Shown piece by piece: positions 19,969 through 30,416 of a stretch of DNA of 64,000 nt. The position numbers were made by a program, and so were the translations under genes. The notes under the pieces are model-generated. The model was not told the DNA's origin. It saw nothing but the letters and a program-made list of their open reading frames with translations, and made no database searches. This DNA is from Vulcanimicrobiota bacterium. Lineage in GTDB: Bacteria; Vulcanimicrobiota; Vulcanimicrobiia; Vulcanimicrobiales; Vulcanimicrobiaceae. The stretch covers positions 384,001 to 448,000 of the forward strand of contig CAWETW010000001.1 of the NCBI GenBank assembly GCA_963812155.1, in the 5' to 3' direction. Position 1 is the first letter of the stretch, and the number at the start of each line of letters is the position of its first letter.

Positions 19969-21508
19969 AACGGCGAACGGCGACGCCGACCGCCTCAGCG
20001 CCCTCGGATACCGTCAGGAGCTGTCGCGGGTGCTCACGCTCTTCGACAACTTCTCGGTCGCCTTCAGCTACTTGAGCCCGATGGTCGGGATTTATTCGCT
20101 GTATACCCTCGGGTTGGGAACGGGCGGCCCGCGCTACATCTGGACGATTCCCGTCGTCGTCGGCGGCATGATGCTGGTGGCGCTGGTCTTCGGCGAACTC
20201 TCCAGCGAGTATCCGCTTTCGGGAGCGCTCTATCAATACGGGAAATACGCCGTCGGGTCGCGTTACGGATGGTTCGTCGGTTGGATCTACGGCTTCGCGC
20301 TGTTGGCGACCGTGGCATCGGTTGATTCCGGCGCCGTGGGATACGTGACCGCGCTCTCCAACGCGTGGTTCGGCACCAAGCTCGATCCTTCGAATCACCT
20401 CGTCATCTTTGCAATCGCGGGCGGCATCATCGTGCTCTCTGCGATACTCAACTCGGTCGGCGCCAAAATCATGGGCCACGTCGCGCGCTTCGGCGTTTAC
20501 GTCGAAACGATCGGAACCTTCGGCGTCTTTCTTGCGCTGGCGCTTGCCGGATTCCATCAATCCTTCGGATTCACGTTCACGACCCAAGGCATCGAACACG
20601 TACAAAACAACCCTTTGGGGCTGAACTTCGGCGGCAACTGGTGGACCGGCGCGGCACTGGTCGCCATCCTTGCGAACGTGTACATTTTTTACGGGTTCGA
20701 ATCGGCAGGCGACATCTCCGAAGAGACGCTCGACGCGCAGCGCCAAGTGCCGCGCGCGATGCGCAACGCGCTGCTTTACGGCGGCATTGCGTCGTTTGTT
20801 TTGGTGCTCGGCCTGCTGCTGGCGACGCCGCACGGGGGCGTCGGCCCGGTGGTGTCGGGCGGCATCAATGTGATTCTCGGCGAACTGCCGGGATGGCTGC
20901 AGAACTTCTTTCTCGTGATGGTCGTCGTGGCGTTCTTCAGTTGCGGCACGGCGGTTCAAGGCGCCGGTGCACGCGTTGCGTTCGCACTGGCCCGCGACGG
21001 CGCACTGCCTCTCAGCGATCGCCTCAAACGGGTTTCGCCGGCCCATCACACCCCGGTCAACGCCATTTTGGTCGGCACGATCGTACCGTTTCTTTTCTTA
21101 CTGCTCGCGCTGGTCAATCCGAGTAAGCCGGTACGCATTCTTTGGTTCGATTATCCGGCAAACGTCACCGCGCTCTATGCGCTCGTGTCATTTGCAACCT
21201 CGGGCATTTATTTGGCCTTTTTCCTGACCGTACTCGGCGCGCTGATCGCGCGGATGCGCGGCTGGAAGCCGAGCGGCGTCTTCACGCTGCGGGGCTGGGG
21301 CGTGCCGGTCACGATCGGCGCAGGCCTCTATCTGTTGCTCATGCTGCTCGATATCGTGTGGCCGAGCGCGCTCGGCAGCGGGCGCGCCGTTTTCAACTAC
21401 GGCTGGGTCACCCTGCTCGTGATGGCGGTCATCGTCGCCGCCGGGGCTATCTACGAGGGCATTGCGCGGCCGCTGCCAGGGGGACGCTCGCACCGGACGA
21501 ACGCTTAG
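19961..21508 (+). CDS. Amino acid permease, APC family
   Basis: GYRQELSR, ELSSEYPLSGALY, YGFESAGDISEET, ARDGALP; ~12 TM segments. Confidence 0.9.
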   Translation: MSETANGDADRLSALGYRQELSRVLTLFDNFSVAFSYLSPMVGIYSLYTLGLGTGGPRYIWTIPVVVGGMMLVALVFGELSSEYPLSGALYQYGKYAVGSRYGWFVGWIYGFALLATVASVDSGAVGYVTALSNAWFGTKLDPSNHLVIFAIAGGIIVLSAILNSVGAKIMGHVARFGVYVETIGTFGVFLALALAGFHQSFGFTFTTQGIEHVQNNPLGLNFGGNWWTGAALVAILANVYIFYGFESAGDISEETLDAQRQVPRAMRNALLYGGIASFVLVLGLLLATPHGGVGPVVSGGINVILGELPGWLQNFFLVMVVVAFFSCGTAVQGAGARVAFALARDGALPLSDRLKRVSPAHHTPVNAILVGTIVPFLFLLLALVNPSKPVRILWFDYPANVTALYALVSFATSGIYLAFFLTVLGALIARMRGWKPSGVFTLRGWGVPVTIGAGLYLLLMLLDIVWPSALGSGRAVFNYGWVTLLVMAVIVAAGAIYEGIARPLPGGRSHRTNA

Positions 21509-21556
21509 ATTTCGTGTCGTCAGGCTACAGGGCGACGCGGGATGGAGGGACAGAGT

Positions 21557-22108
21557 ATGTTTCGTTACATGGTGAGTGCGGCGCTGGCGGCCGGGATGCT
21601 GATTGCGCCGATCGCGGCTGTCGCACAAGGCAGCGGGATGTCCGATTCAGAGTATATGGCAAAAATTCTGACGGCTGCTCCGGAAAATGTCGTCAAGGGC
21701 GCCACGATCGTTCAGATGAACGCGGACGGCAGCATGCGCACGCTGCAAACCGGCACGAACGGATTCACGTGCATGATGCTCGACGTGACGCCGGGCTGCG
21801 CCGACCAGAACGCCATGGCGTGGATGAAGGCGCTCATGACGCATTCAGCGCCCCCCGACAGCGTCGGTTTTATGTATATGCTCGCGGGTGACAGCGGGGC
21901 CAGCAATACCGATCCGTATGCCCGAGCGCAAACGGCGACCAACCACTGGGTGAGGACCGGCCCTCACGTCATGGTCCTCGGTCCGGCAGTGAAATCAATG
22001 GGCTACCCGATGAGCGTCGATCCCGATCCGAGTAAGCCGTATGTGATGTGGGCGGACACGCCCTACGCGCATGCCATGCTTCCAGTTGGGTCCACGCCGC
22101 ATATGTGA
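21557..22108 (+). CDS. Secreted Met-rich hypothetical protein
   Basis: GGAGGG SD, signal peptide, motifs GTNGFTC, YMLAGD.GASNTDP, GPHVM, PYAHAM. Confidence 0.75.
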   Translation: MFRYMVSAALAAGMLIAPIAAVAQGSGMSDSEYMAKILTAAPENVVKGATIVQMNADGSMRTLQTGTNGFTCMMLDVTPGCADQNAMAWMKALMTHSAPPDSVGFMYMLAGDSGASNTDPYARAQTATNHWVRTGPHVMVLGPAVKSMGYPMSVDPDPSKPYVMWADTPYAHAMLPVGSTPHM

Positions 22109-22113
22109 AATGA

Positions 22114-22145
22114 AACGGGGCGTTCGCAATCGCGAACGCCCCGTT
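22114..22145. terminator. Stem-loop between convergent genes
   Basis: AACGGGGCGTTCGC-AATC-GCGAACGCCCCGTT, perfect 14-bp stem. Confidence 0.7.
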
Positions 22146-22250
22146 CGAGCGAGAAGGATTCATAAAAAATAACGTTCCGCCTCGCCGGTGCGCGTTCGGT
22201 TCCAAGCGGGGCGTGAGCTTCCCGGAGTCAAGCGATTCCGAGCGGCTCGG

Positions 22251-22559
22251 CTAGTGGCCGGGCATCGAGACGCCTTGCGCCTTGAGGGATTGGCTGATTG
22301 CGGCGAGTTGTTCGGGCGAAAAAATCTTGTGGAGCGCTTGTTGGAGCTGCGCAGGCGTCATACTATTGACGTTCGGCTCTAGCTGTTTGAGCTGGCGGAG
22401 CTGGCCAATCGTCGGGTGTGCAGCTTTGACGGCGGTCTCTAACTGTTGCTTCGTGGGTTGCGACTGGGCGATCGCGGCGGCCGGGGTAAGAACCAGAGCT
22501 GCCGGCGCGACGGCGGTTCCGAGGACGCCTGCGAGAGCGAGGAGGCGAAGTGCCTGCAT
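22251..22559 (-). CDS. Small secreted Gln-rich helical protein
   Basis: ATG after GAGG; Ala-rich signal peptide, Q-rich mature part. Confidence 0.65.
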   Translation of the reverse strand: MQALRLLALAGVLGTAVAPAALVLTPAAAIAQSQPTKQQLETAVKAAHPTIGQLRQLKQLEPNVNSMTPAQLQQALHKIFSPEQLAAISQSLKAQGVSMPGH

Positions 22560-22699
22560 GAAGAGAGCCTCTTTCTTAGGGCGAAAAAAAGCAAGTGACG
22601 TAATGCATCTTCCCGTCGCCGGGACGATGGCAGACGCCAATCGGGGATGTTTTGGTTGGTCGAGGCAGTACCTTCTATGAGCCGTTGCAACGGCATCGT

Positions 22700-23254
22700 T
22701 TACGCTAGGTCGATGCGATAGCGGAGCGCCTCACCGCCGCCATGCGCGTCGGTTTGCACGAACCGTTCCACGAGCACGCCGCCGTTGACGAGGATGACGC
22801 GCTGCGACGGCACGTTGTCGGGCAGCGTGGTGACGTGGACGTAGGGCAGCCCTTGCGCGCGCGCCAGCGGCAACATCTGGGCGAGCGCCGCCTTGGCATA
22901 GCCGCGTCCGCGTTTCCACGGTACGACCGCATAGCCGATGTGTCCGAGACAGGTCGGCGGGAGGTCCGGTGTTCCCGGCGTCCAGCGCAAGCCGATCGTT
23001 CCGCAGAATTCCCCGTCCCAGATCCAACGATGAAAGCCGGGCAGTCGCGGCACGAGCGATCCGTCGGGCATGCGGATGGGGCCGCCTTTTGCTTCGGGGT
23101 CGTCCAAACTGCGCACGAAGGCTTCCGGATCGCGCTCGATGGCGGCCAAACTTTCGGCGGCCGCCTCGGGCCGCATATTGTCGGGCGACCATCCTCGCCG
23201 CAGCGCGCCGGCGTAGTCGTCGAGCCGCTCGAGCGACGGCGCCACCAACGTCAT
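22700..23254 (-). CDS. GNAT family N-acetyltransferase
   Basis: GHIGYAVVPWKRGRGYA acetyl-CoA motif, NVPSQRVILVNGG. Confidence 0.85.
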   Translation of the reverse strand: MTLVAPSLERLDDYAGALRRGWSPDNMRPEAAAESLAAIERDPEAFVRSLDDPEAKGGPIRMPDGSLVPRLPGFHRWIWDGEFCGTIGLRWTPGTPDLPPTCLGHIGYAVVPWKRGRGYAKAALAQMLPLARAQGLPYVHVTTLPDNVPSQRVILVNGGVLVERFVQTDAHGGGEALRYRIDLA

Positions 23255-25158
23255 ATGACTTGAATGACGCCCATCATGCCGCGATCTTCGTGGAACATCA
23301 TGTGGCAGTGAAAGACGAACGTGCCGCGCATCACGTTGCGAAAGTCGAGCAAGACCCGCGTGCGCGAAGGCGCAATCAACGGGTATTTGGGATTCTTCTT
23401 GTTCGGCAGAAATTTACCGAACGGAACCATCACCGTGTCGAGCGTAGCAGGCCCGGGCTTTGCATCGAGGGCCACGAACGTCATTTGATGGATGTGAAAG
23501 CTGTGCGACTCGACGGTTGCATTAAAGAGATCCCATTCTTCGATCGTCCCCCGCTTGACGACGACGTTTGGGATCGGCGTGCCGGCGCCCTTGGCGTACA
23601 CCGGCCAGTACGGGCGCTCGCCGAATTTCGGAGCGCTCGTTTCAGTAATGAAATACGCGCTGTCTTCACCGTGACCGTGAGGCACGATGTATTCGGTGTA
23701 GGTGAACGCCCGGCGGCGAATCTGCTTCGGGCTCGCCTTGGCGTAGGCAACGAGGCGCGCTGCGGGAGATTGCGCCGGATCGAGTGGTTGCGAAACCAAG
23801 GCGGGAGATGCAGAGGCGGTAGCTTCTTGCGTTTGCGCGCGCACGACGAGCACGTCCGCCGAAATGGGAACCTCGTCGACCGGTGCTTCGCACGGGGGCG
23901 CATCGTAGAGCGTGATCGTTTTCCCGGCGGGGAGCGTCACCAACACGTCGGCACGCCCCGCCGGCGGCAGAGTTACTTCGTTCATCGCGACGTACTGCGA
24001 CAGCGGCTGCGCGTCATCGCCGCCAACGGGCGTTCCGTCGAGCCCGACGACGTGCAACGGCACCGGTGCGCCCGCGTCGTCGCGAACGCGTAAGAACAGC
24101 GGCGAATCTGCGGTGGCATTGAGCAGCCGCAGCAGTTGAGGCCGTCCCGGTGCCACGGCGAGCGTTCCCGGCGTGTCGCTGCGATCGACGGTTAGCCGGA
24201 CGCCGCTGCGACTTCCGCACGCGCTCACGGCCGTTCCGCGTCCGTCACGGACCGGCACGCTGGCCGGCCACGGCGGCGGATCGAACGGATCGAACGTCAC
24301 GGGCGGCTTGGGCGGCACCGACATTTCGTCGTGCACTGCCATGACGGCGAGCGGGGTGAGATCGGCCACGAAGTTGTCGGTCACGACGTAGGGGACTCGA
24401 TATTTGATAACGATCGCGTGGTCGTCGGAGAGCGGGACCTGCGGTGCGCCGGGATCGACGATCCACATGCCGCTCAACCCTCCCGCGGTTTCGTCGTCGG
24501 CCATGCCGTGCGCGTGCGTGTGGTAGAAATACGTGCCGGTAGGCTGCGTCCCCGGTATCGTCATGACGATTTCACATGCGTGGGCCGGGGTGCTGAGCGT
24601 CGAGACAAAAATGTTTTCCTGCGCCTCCGATCCCTGGAAACCGTGCATGTGCAGGTTGACGTCCACATCCTTCATCGCCATCGGCCGCGCGATCGCGGTG
24701 TGGTTCATGTATCCCTGAACCGATTCCGCCGCCGCCGCCGGCATCATGCTTGGCCGACACGGAGCAAGCGCGCTCGCGGGCATCGTTGCGCCCGGCGCAT
24801 ACCCGCGCAGTTCGTTGACGAGGCGAATAGCAAACGTCTCACCCCGACGCACCCGCAACGTCGGCGCGCGCCGTTGCTCGATACCGCCCAGCGTGTAGCG
24901 ATAGCAGAAGCGATCGCCTTGCCGCACGACGCGCAGAACCAGTTCGTGCACGCCGGCGTCGTTGGCCGGCAGGGACGACACCACGACCTGAGGCGGCTCT
25001 TCGATCGCGCCCGAATGCAGCGGCCCGCTGCACGGCGTTTGCTTGGAGGGCTCCCGCGGCGCCGATGCCGCGGAAAGGTGGGGGACGAACGATAACGTGC
25101 CGACCGACGCGATGAGCGCCAACCGGACTGCGGTGCGGGCTGCGAAAAGAACGCGCAA
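23251..25158 (-). CDS. Secreted multicopper oxidase
   Basis: All four Cu motifs present: HMHG, YHTH, HSFHIHQ, HCHMMFHEDRGM. Confidence 0.88.
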   Translation of the reverse strand: MRVLFAARTAVRLALIASVGTLSFVPHLSAASAPREPSKQTPCSGPLHSGAIEEPPQVVVSSLPANDAGVHELVLRVVRQGDRFCYRYTLGGIEQRRAPTLRVRRGETFAIRLVNELRGYAPGATMPASALAPCRPSMMPAAAAESVQGYMNHTAIARPMAMKDVDVNLHMHGFQGSEAQENIFVSTLSTPAHACEIVMTIPGTQPTGTYFYHTHAHGMADDETAGGLSGMWIVDPGAPQVPLSDDHAIVIKYRVPYVVTDNFVADLTPLAVMAVHDEMSVPPKPPVTFDPFDPPPWPASVPVRDGRGTAVSACGSRSGVRLTVDRSDTPGTLAVAPGRPQLLRLLNATADSPLFLRVRDDAGAPVPLHVVGLDGTPVGGDDAQPLSQYVAMNEVTLPPAGRADVLVTLPAGKTITLYDAPPCEAPVDEVPISADVLVVRAQTQEATASASPALVSQPLDPAQSPAARLVAYAKASPKQIRRRAFTYTEYIVPHGHGEDSAYFITETSAPKFGERPYWPVYAKGAGTPIPNVVVKRGTIEEWDLFNATVESHSFHIHQMTFVALDAKPGPATLDTVMVPFGKFLPNKKNPKYPLIAPSRTRVLLDFRNVMRGTFVFHCHMMFHEDRGMMGVIQVI

Positions 25159-25244
25159 AGGTAACCCCTTTCCGAACTTGGGCCCACCGCGCGGCTGCGA
25201 TGCAACGTTCTACGAGGCGCGCCCGCCTCCCGCGTGCGGACGTG

Positions 25245-26144
25245 CTAACCGCGTTTGAGTTGCTCGAGTTCGTCGAGCGTCTTTGGCCAATCGCCTTTGA
25301 GCAGACGCGAGAGACTGCGGTCGGCGAGCAGTTTTCCTGCGGTTTGGCAGCGCGCGCAGTAGTTCGTTTCGTTATCGGCATAGCGAATGCGCTGAACGGG
25401 CTGCCCGCAGCGCGGACAAGGTTCGCCGAAACGCCCGTGTACCGCCATCTCTTTGCGAAAGGCCGTCACGCCCTCCGGGAAATCGCCGGCAGCGCCGGCA
25501 CGAAGGCGGTCGATCCACGTCTGCAGCGTCGCCCGGGCGGCGTCGAAGAGACGCGACCACTCCTCGCCGGTCAAACGCTGCGTCAACGCAACCGGCGAGA
25601 GCCGTGCTGCGTGCAGAATCTCGTCGGAGTAGGCATTCCCGATGCCGTCGACCGTGCGAGGATCGGTGAGCGCGCGTTTGAGCGTATGGTTCTCGGCACT
25701 GAGGGCCCGGCGAAACGCATCGAGGTCCACGGCGAAGACGTCGATTCCGCCGGGATCTTGCGAAGCCAATGCCGCGCTTCCGTGCAGCGCGTGAAGCGAC
25801 GCGCGGCGCTTGCTGCCGGCCTCGGTAAGCACCAGCGTTCCGCCGGCGAAATCGAATCCCGCCATGTTGAGTCTCCCTGCGAGCGACGCATTGGGCGGAC
25901 GCCAGTGCAGGCGTCCCGCAATCATCAAGTGCATCACCAGCCATCGGTCGCCGTCGAGTCCGATCGCGATCCGCTTTCCGATGCGCCGAACCTCTCGCAC
26001 CGTGCGACCTGCGAAATCTGCGAGCGGCGGCTCCGCCGTTCGGAGCAGCGACGGGCTGGCGACGCGCACTCCTTCGAGCCTTTCGCCGAGGATGCGAGGT
26101 TCTAGTGCGGCGACGTATGCCGCAACGTCGGGCAACTCGGGCAT
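25245..26144 (-). CDS. Fpg/Nei family DNA glycosylase
   Basis: N-terminal [23 protein letters not shown]2TH motif, CPRC..CARCQ zinc finger. Confidence 0.92.
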   Translation of the reverse strand: MPELPDVAAYVAALEPRILGERLEGVRVASPSLLRTAEPPLADFAGRTVREVRRIGKRIAIGLDGDRWLVMHLMIAGRLHWRPPNASLAGRLNMAGFDFAGGTLVLTEAGSKRRASLHALHGSAALASQDPGGIDVFAVDLDAFRRALSAENHTLKRALTDPRTVDGIGNAYSDEILHAARLSPVALTQRLTGEEWSRLFDAARATLQTWIDRLRAGAAGDFPEGVTAFRKEMAVHGRFGEPCPRCGQPVQRIRYADNETNYCARCQTAGKLLADRSLSRLLKGDWPKTLDELEQLKRG

Positions 26145-26150
26145 CGGCGC

Positions 26151-26919
26151 TTATCCGGTCGGAACTTCGATCTGCCGTTCGCGGTGCAACAGCAGCCAAT
26201 CACACGTTTCGGCCAGCGCTTCGCGGCCGAGTTGCACCAGTACCGCCTTCGCTCCGTTGAGATCGCCCTCGCGCAACAGCGCGCTCAAACGTTCGCCGGC
26301 GAGATGAAACAGCTCGCGCATGCGTTCGTAGCGGCGCGCGTGTTCGTCGTAAGCGCGCATCTGCGCGTATCCGGTCAGCAGGGCGGCGCCGGCGAGTGCA
26401 AGCGTCACGATGGTGACCGACCATGGAAACGCGTGATTCAGCCGCCCTGCGAGAATCTTTGCAACGGCCAACGCGATCCCGGCGAGGCCGGCAATGCCGA
26501 GGCACACCTGGCTTCCCAACCGGATGCGATTCGCACGTCGCTGCTCGTCAAGCGCCACGCCTGCAAAGTACCGTTCCTGTTCTGCCGCCCAGCGCGCGAG
26601 GACGACCTCGAGGATCGCTTCCCGATTGGAACTATCGATCAGCGTTGTTCGCGCCGTTCGGCTCGTGCAGGCGCGCGGCGCGCATGGCGTTGCGAATCCA
26701 ATCGAGTTCCCCTTCCTGGCGCGCCAGATAGTGATCGTAGACCGATTCCCGGACACGGGCAAGCCGCCAATAGAACTCGACGCGCAATCCTTCGGCCAGA
26801 GCGCGATAGTCCTGAAAGCGATCTTGAAGTCCGACACCCTTTACCCATACGGCGACGATAACCGCCAACACGACCAATGCGAGGAACACGGCGTACATGC
26901 GTTGCCATGCTCGGCGCAA
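26151..26919 (-). pseudogene. C-terminal fragment of a SLATT/DUF4231-like two-TM-repeat membrane protein; frameshift near 26640
   Basis: DYRALAEGLRVEFYW, RWAAEQERYF, TM pair, ARRYERM, LGREALAETCDWLLLHRER; begins abruptly 3 nt after the S9 peptidase stop with no SD. Confidence 0.55.
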
Positions 26920-26922
26920 GCG

Positions 26923-29002
26923 CTACGGCATGAGATATTTATTCAGCCAGTCGGCAATGATGTGCAGCCGCTCGACCCGGTGGATTGGGGCGCCCGTCCG
27001 GTTGAGGTCGTGGTTTTCGTTCGGGACGGCGACGTAGACGACGGTGCGGCCGAGAATTTTGAGCGCCGTGAACTCCTGAAGCGTTTGGTCGATCGGTGCC
27101 CGGGTGTCGTAATCCGCGTGGAGGATGAGCAGCGGCGTGTGGACGTTTTCGACGTACGTCAGCGGTGAGAATTTCGGCGTAACTCGTGCTGGCCGGATCC
27201 CAAGGCGGACCCCACGTGTAGTAGCCGCCGCCCAAGCCGTTCTTGCCGGCGAAGTCTGCGGCGAGGTTCTCGCTCTGAAGGAAACTTACGGCGCGCTCGG
27301 CGACCGCGGCTTTATAGCGGTCGGTGTGCGAAATCACCCACAGCGTCGCATAGCCGCCGTATGACCCGCCCGTCACCCCCAGACGCAACGCGTCGACGTC
27401 GGGCCGTTGCACGGCTGCATCCATGACCGCCTGAACGTCTTGGAACATCGCGTCGCCGTAGTTGCTTTCCAGCGCTTCTTCGAACGCGTAACCGTGGCCG
27501 GTGCTGCCTGCCGGGTCGCTGAATACCACGTTATAGCCGAGTGCGGCGAGATATTGGAACTCCATGAAGAACGTGTTGCCGAACTGCGTCTCCGGACCAC
27601 CGTGGATATTGAGAATCGTGGGATGCTTGCCGCCCTTCGTTCCGCCGGTCGCCGGCATGAACCACGCCTGCACGCTGTAGCCGGCCGGATCTTTTGCGGA
27701 AAACTCCTGTGGCGTCGACAGCGTCACCGAGGCCAAATACGCATCGTTCACGTGCGTGAGTTGGCGAGGCTGTCCGCCCGAAAGACTCGTAACGTACACG
27801 TCGGCGGGATGCGTGAAGTCGCTGTAGAGATAGGCAACCGTTTTGCCGTCACGCGACACGCTGCACGACCAGGCTTCGCCGGTGGGCTGCGTGAGGTCGG
27901 TAAAGTTTCCCGATCCCACGTCGAGCACACGGAGGTTTGCGTAACCGGGCCCGTCGAGATTCAGCAAAATGTGCGCCGGATCGGGAAGCGGCGCCCCGCA
28001 CAACCCTCCGCCCTCCTTCATATCGGCGAGCAGGCTGTCGCCCCACGTGACCTTATCTCCGGCTACGATCGTTCGCGCGTCGCTGCCGTCGAGCGCCGTG
28101 GATACGAGCGCAGGCTGTTCCGCCGAATCACGCACGCCGCTGCGAAACGAGTAAAACCGCGTTCCGTCGGTGCTGAAAAACAGGCCGCCGTTCGAAACCT
28201 GGTTCGACGCGAGTTTCTGCGGCGTTCCGCCGGTCGACGAGACGACGTAGACGTCGCTCGCACCGCTGTCGACGCTCTCGTAACGCAACGAATCGAAGGC
28301 AATCGTCTTGTCGTCGGGCGACCACGCATCGAACCCTTCCGCCCATTGACCCGACGTTAACTGTTTGGGATTGGCACCGTTCGCGTCAACGATCCAAATA
28401 TGCGGGTGGTCCTGATAGGTGTAGCCTTGACCGTTGGCCTGGAAGAAGAGCTGATCGATCGCGTGGATGTCGCTCTTCTTTTGGTCGGCCGTCGGGGTGA
28501 AGCCGGCTTTGCCGAAGTCAATGTGCGCCGCGGGATCGGAATCGGGCGAGTTCACCGACAGCGCGATGCGCGTCCCGTCGTGTGAAACGACCGGATTCGA
28601 AACGCCTTGGGTCATATGCGTCAACTGCGCGACCGCACCGGTTGCCAGCGTGTAGCGACAGAGTTGCGCCTTCTTCTTGGGCAGCGCGCGCACGAACACG
28701 AAACTGGCGCCGTCGGGCATCCACGCGAAATCGCCGTCGCCCTTGCGTCCCGTGACGTTGGACTTCAGACTACCCGTTGCGACGTCGAGAAGATCGACCG
28801 TCCGATCGTAGGTATTCTTGGGGCCATTGGGTTTCGACGCCTCGACGAGGACGTGCGCCCCGTCCGGCGAGATTGATGCGCTGCTGAGCAACGTCAGCTT
28901 GAACAAATCTTCGGGCGCGATCGGAACGGCCGCGGCTCGACTGCCGGCCGCAGAGGCAGCGACGAAGAGCGATAAGGCAAGAATCGCGGTGAACGGTTTC
29001 AT
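26923..29002 (-). CDS. Secreted S9 family (prolyl oligopeptidase/acylaminoacyl) peptidase; apparent +1 frameshift near 27175
   Basis: Propeller repeats, IHGGP, GGSYGG; shifted frame gives SPLTYVENVHTPLLILHADYD...ENHDL...HRVERL..IADWL. Confidence 0.9.
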
Positions 29003-29059
29003 GCCGGCGTGTTCTTTATGCGAACGGACGTCTCCCCGCCGGCAGCGAAAACCCCGCGC

Positions 29060-29878
29060 ATGGAATGGGCGTCATTTGCGCCGGCGCTGCTGACGCTGGT
29101 CGCGTTCGTCGTGATTCCGGCCGTTCTGGCCGTCGTCGCGCAAATGCTCTTCAACCGCGTGGTTTCACACGACCGGCTCATACCCCATCACGACGTCGCC
29201 GGCTTTCTGGTCGCGGTCGTCGGCGTGCTCTACGCGGTCGTCCTGGGCTTCGTCGTCGTCACGAGCTGGTCGGCGTTCGACTCCGCGCAGCAGAACGCGG
29301 ATGTGGAAGCCGGCGACGTCGGCGACGCCTTCGGTTTTGCCCAAATGCTCCCCGAGCCGCGGCGAGAACATATGCGCCGGAGCCTTGCGGCGTACGCGAT
29401 CGAAGTCCGAGACCACGAATGGGCGTTGCTGAGCCACGGAATGCAGGACGATCGCGCGCGCGAGTTGCTCGTCCGCGCGATTGGGACGCTCGGGGAACCC
29501 TATGGCCGGCCGAGCGCAAACCTCGACGAAGCGCTGAACCGCACGACGACGCGCCAGACCGTTGCCGCCAGCCTGCGCGACATCGCCGACAACCGGCGGC
29601 TGCGGATCATCGAAGCGCAAAAAACCTTCTCGCCGGCGTTGGCGCTGGTACTCGTCATCGGCGCGCTGATGGTTTTGGCGTTCGTCTTCCTCTTCGGCGT
29701 CGAGGACCGCGCGCTGCAATTTACGATGACCTCCATCGTCGCCGGCTGCATCGGTCTATTGCTTGGCGTCGTCGTCGAGTTCAGCGCCCCGTACTCGGGT
29801 GCGATGCGCGTTTCCCCGCAAGCATGGACGTACGTGATCGTCAACAATCACTTCGAAGAGGTCGCTCGCTCGCGCTGA
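29060..29878 (+). CDS. DUF4239-like 4-TM membrane protein
   Basis: GVLYAVVLGFVV..W, EW motif, RRLR, C-terminal TM pair and PYSG. Confidence 0.75.
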   Translation: MEWASFAPALLTLVAFVVIPAVLAVVAQMLFNRVVSHDRLIPHHDVAGFLVAVVGVLYAVVLGFVVVTSWSAFDSAQQNADVEAGDVGDAFGFAQMLPEPRREHMRRSLAAYAIEVRDHEWALLSHGMQDDRARELLVRAIGTLGEPYGRPSANLDEALNRTTTRQTVAASLRDIADNRRLRIIEAQKTFSPALALVLVIGALMVLAFVFLFGVEDRALQFTMTSIVAGCIGLLLGVVVEFSAPYSGAMRVSPQAWTYVIVNNHFEEVARSR

Positions 29879-29950
29879 CCGGCACCACGGCGATGGCACA
29901 GCTGTGGAGCGTTGCCCCGTTCGGCCTCGCGTGATAGGCTAGCCAGTAAC

Positions 29951-30406
29951 ATGCCCGTCGCGTACCTGACACTGAAGTTCTTCCACATTTTTCTGGCGAT
30001 CGCGGCGGTAGGTGCAAATCTAACCTACGGCGTGTGGTTCGCGCGGGCCAACGCCCATCCGCAATTCGCCCCGCTGGCGTTGCGCGGCATCGCGTTCATC
30101 GACAATTGGATCGCCAATCCGGCATATCTGCTGCTGCTTCCCACCGGTGCCGCAATGGTCGCCCTCGGAGGCTACTCTTTTCGCACGCACTGGATCGCTT
30201 GGGCCTTGACGCTTTGGACCATTGCAATTCTCGCCGGATATTTCGGCTATACTCCGGCGCTGCGCGCGCAAATCGCCGCGGTCGACCGTGAAGGCGTCTC
30301 CGGTTCCGACGCGCGGCGCCTTGCGGTGCGGGGCCAAATCTGGGGCGGAATCCTCGCTCTCATCGTCGTCGTCATCTTACTGCTGATGGTATTCAAACCG
30401 GCGTAG
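29951..30406 (+). CDS. DUF2269-like integral membrane protein
   Basis: LKFFHI, TG, 4 TM segments, terminal LMVFKP. Confidence 0.75.
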   Translation: MPVAYLTLKFFHIFLAIAAVGANLTYGVWFARANAHPQFAPLALRGIAFIDNWIANPAYLLLLPTGAAMVALGGYSFRTHWIAWALTLWTIAILAGYFGYTPALRAQIAAVDREGVSGSDARRLAVRGQIWGGILALIVVVILLLMVFKPA

Positions 30407-30416
30407 CGGCCCGGGG

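Noticed and set aside
22146..22250. Possible small RNA in the convergent intergenic gap
   Set aside because: No recognisable tRNA/ncRNA motif or convincing structure beyond the adjacent terminator
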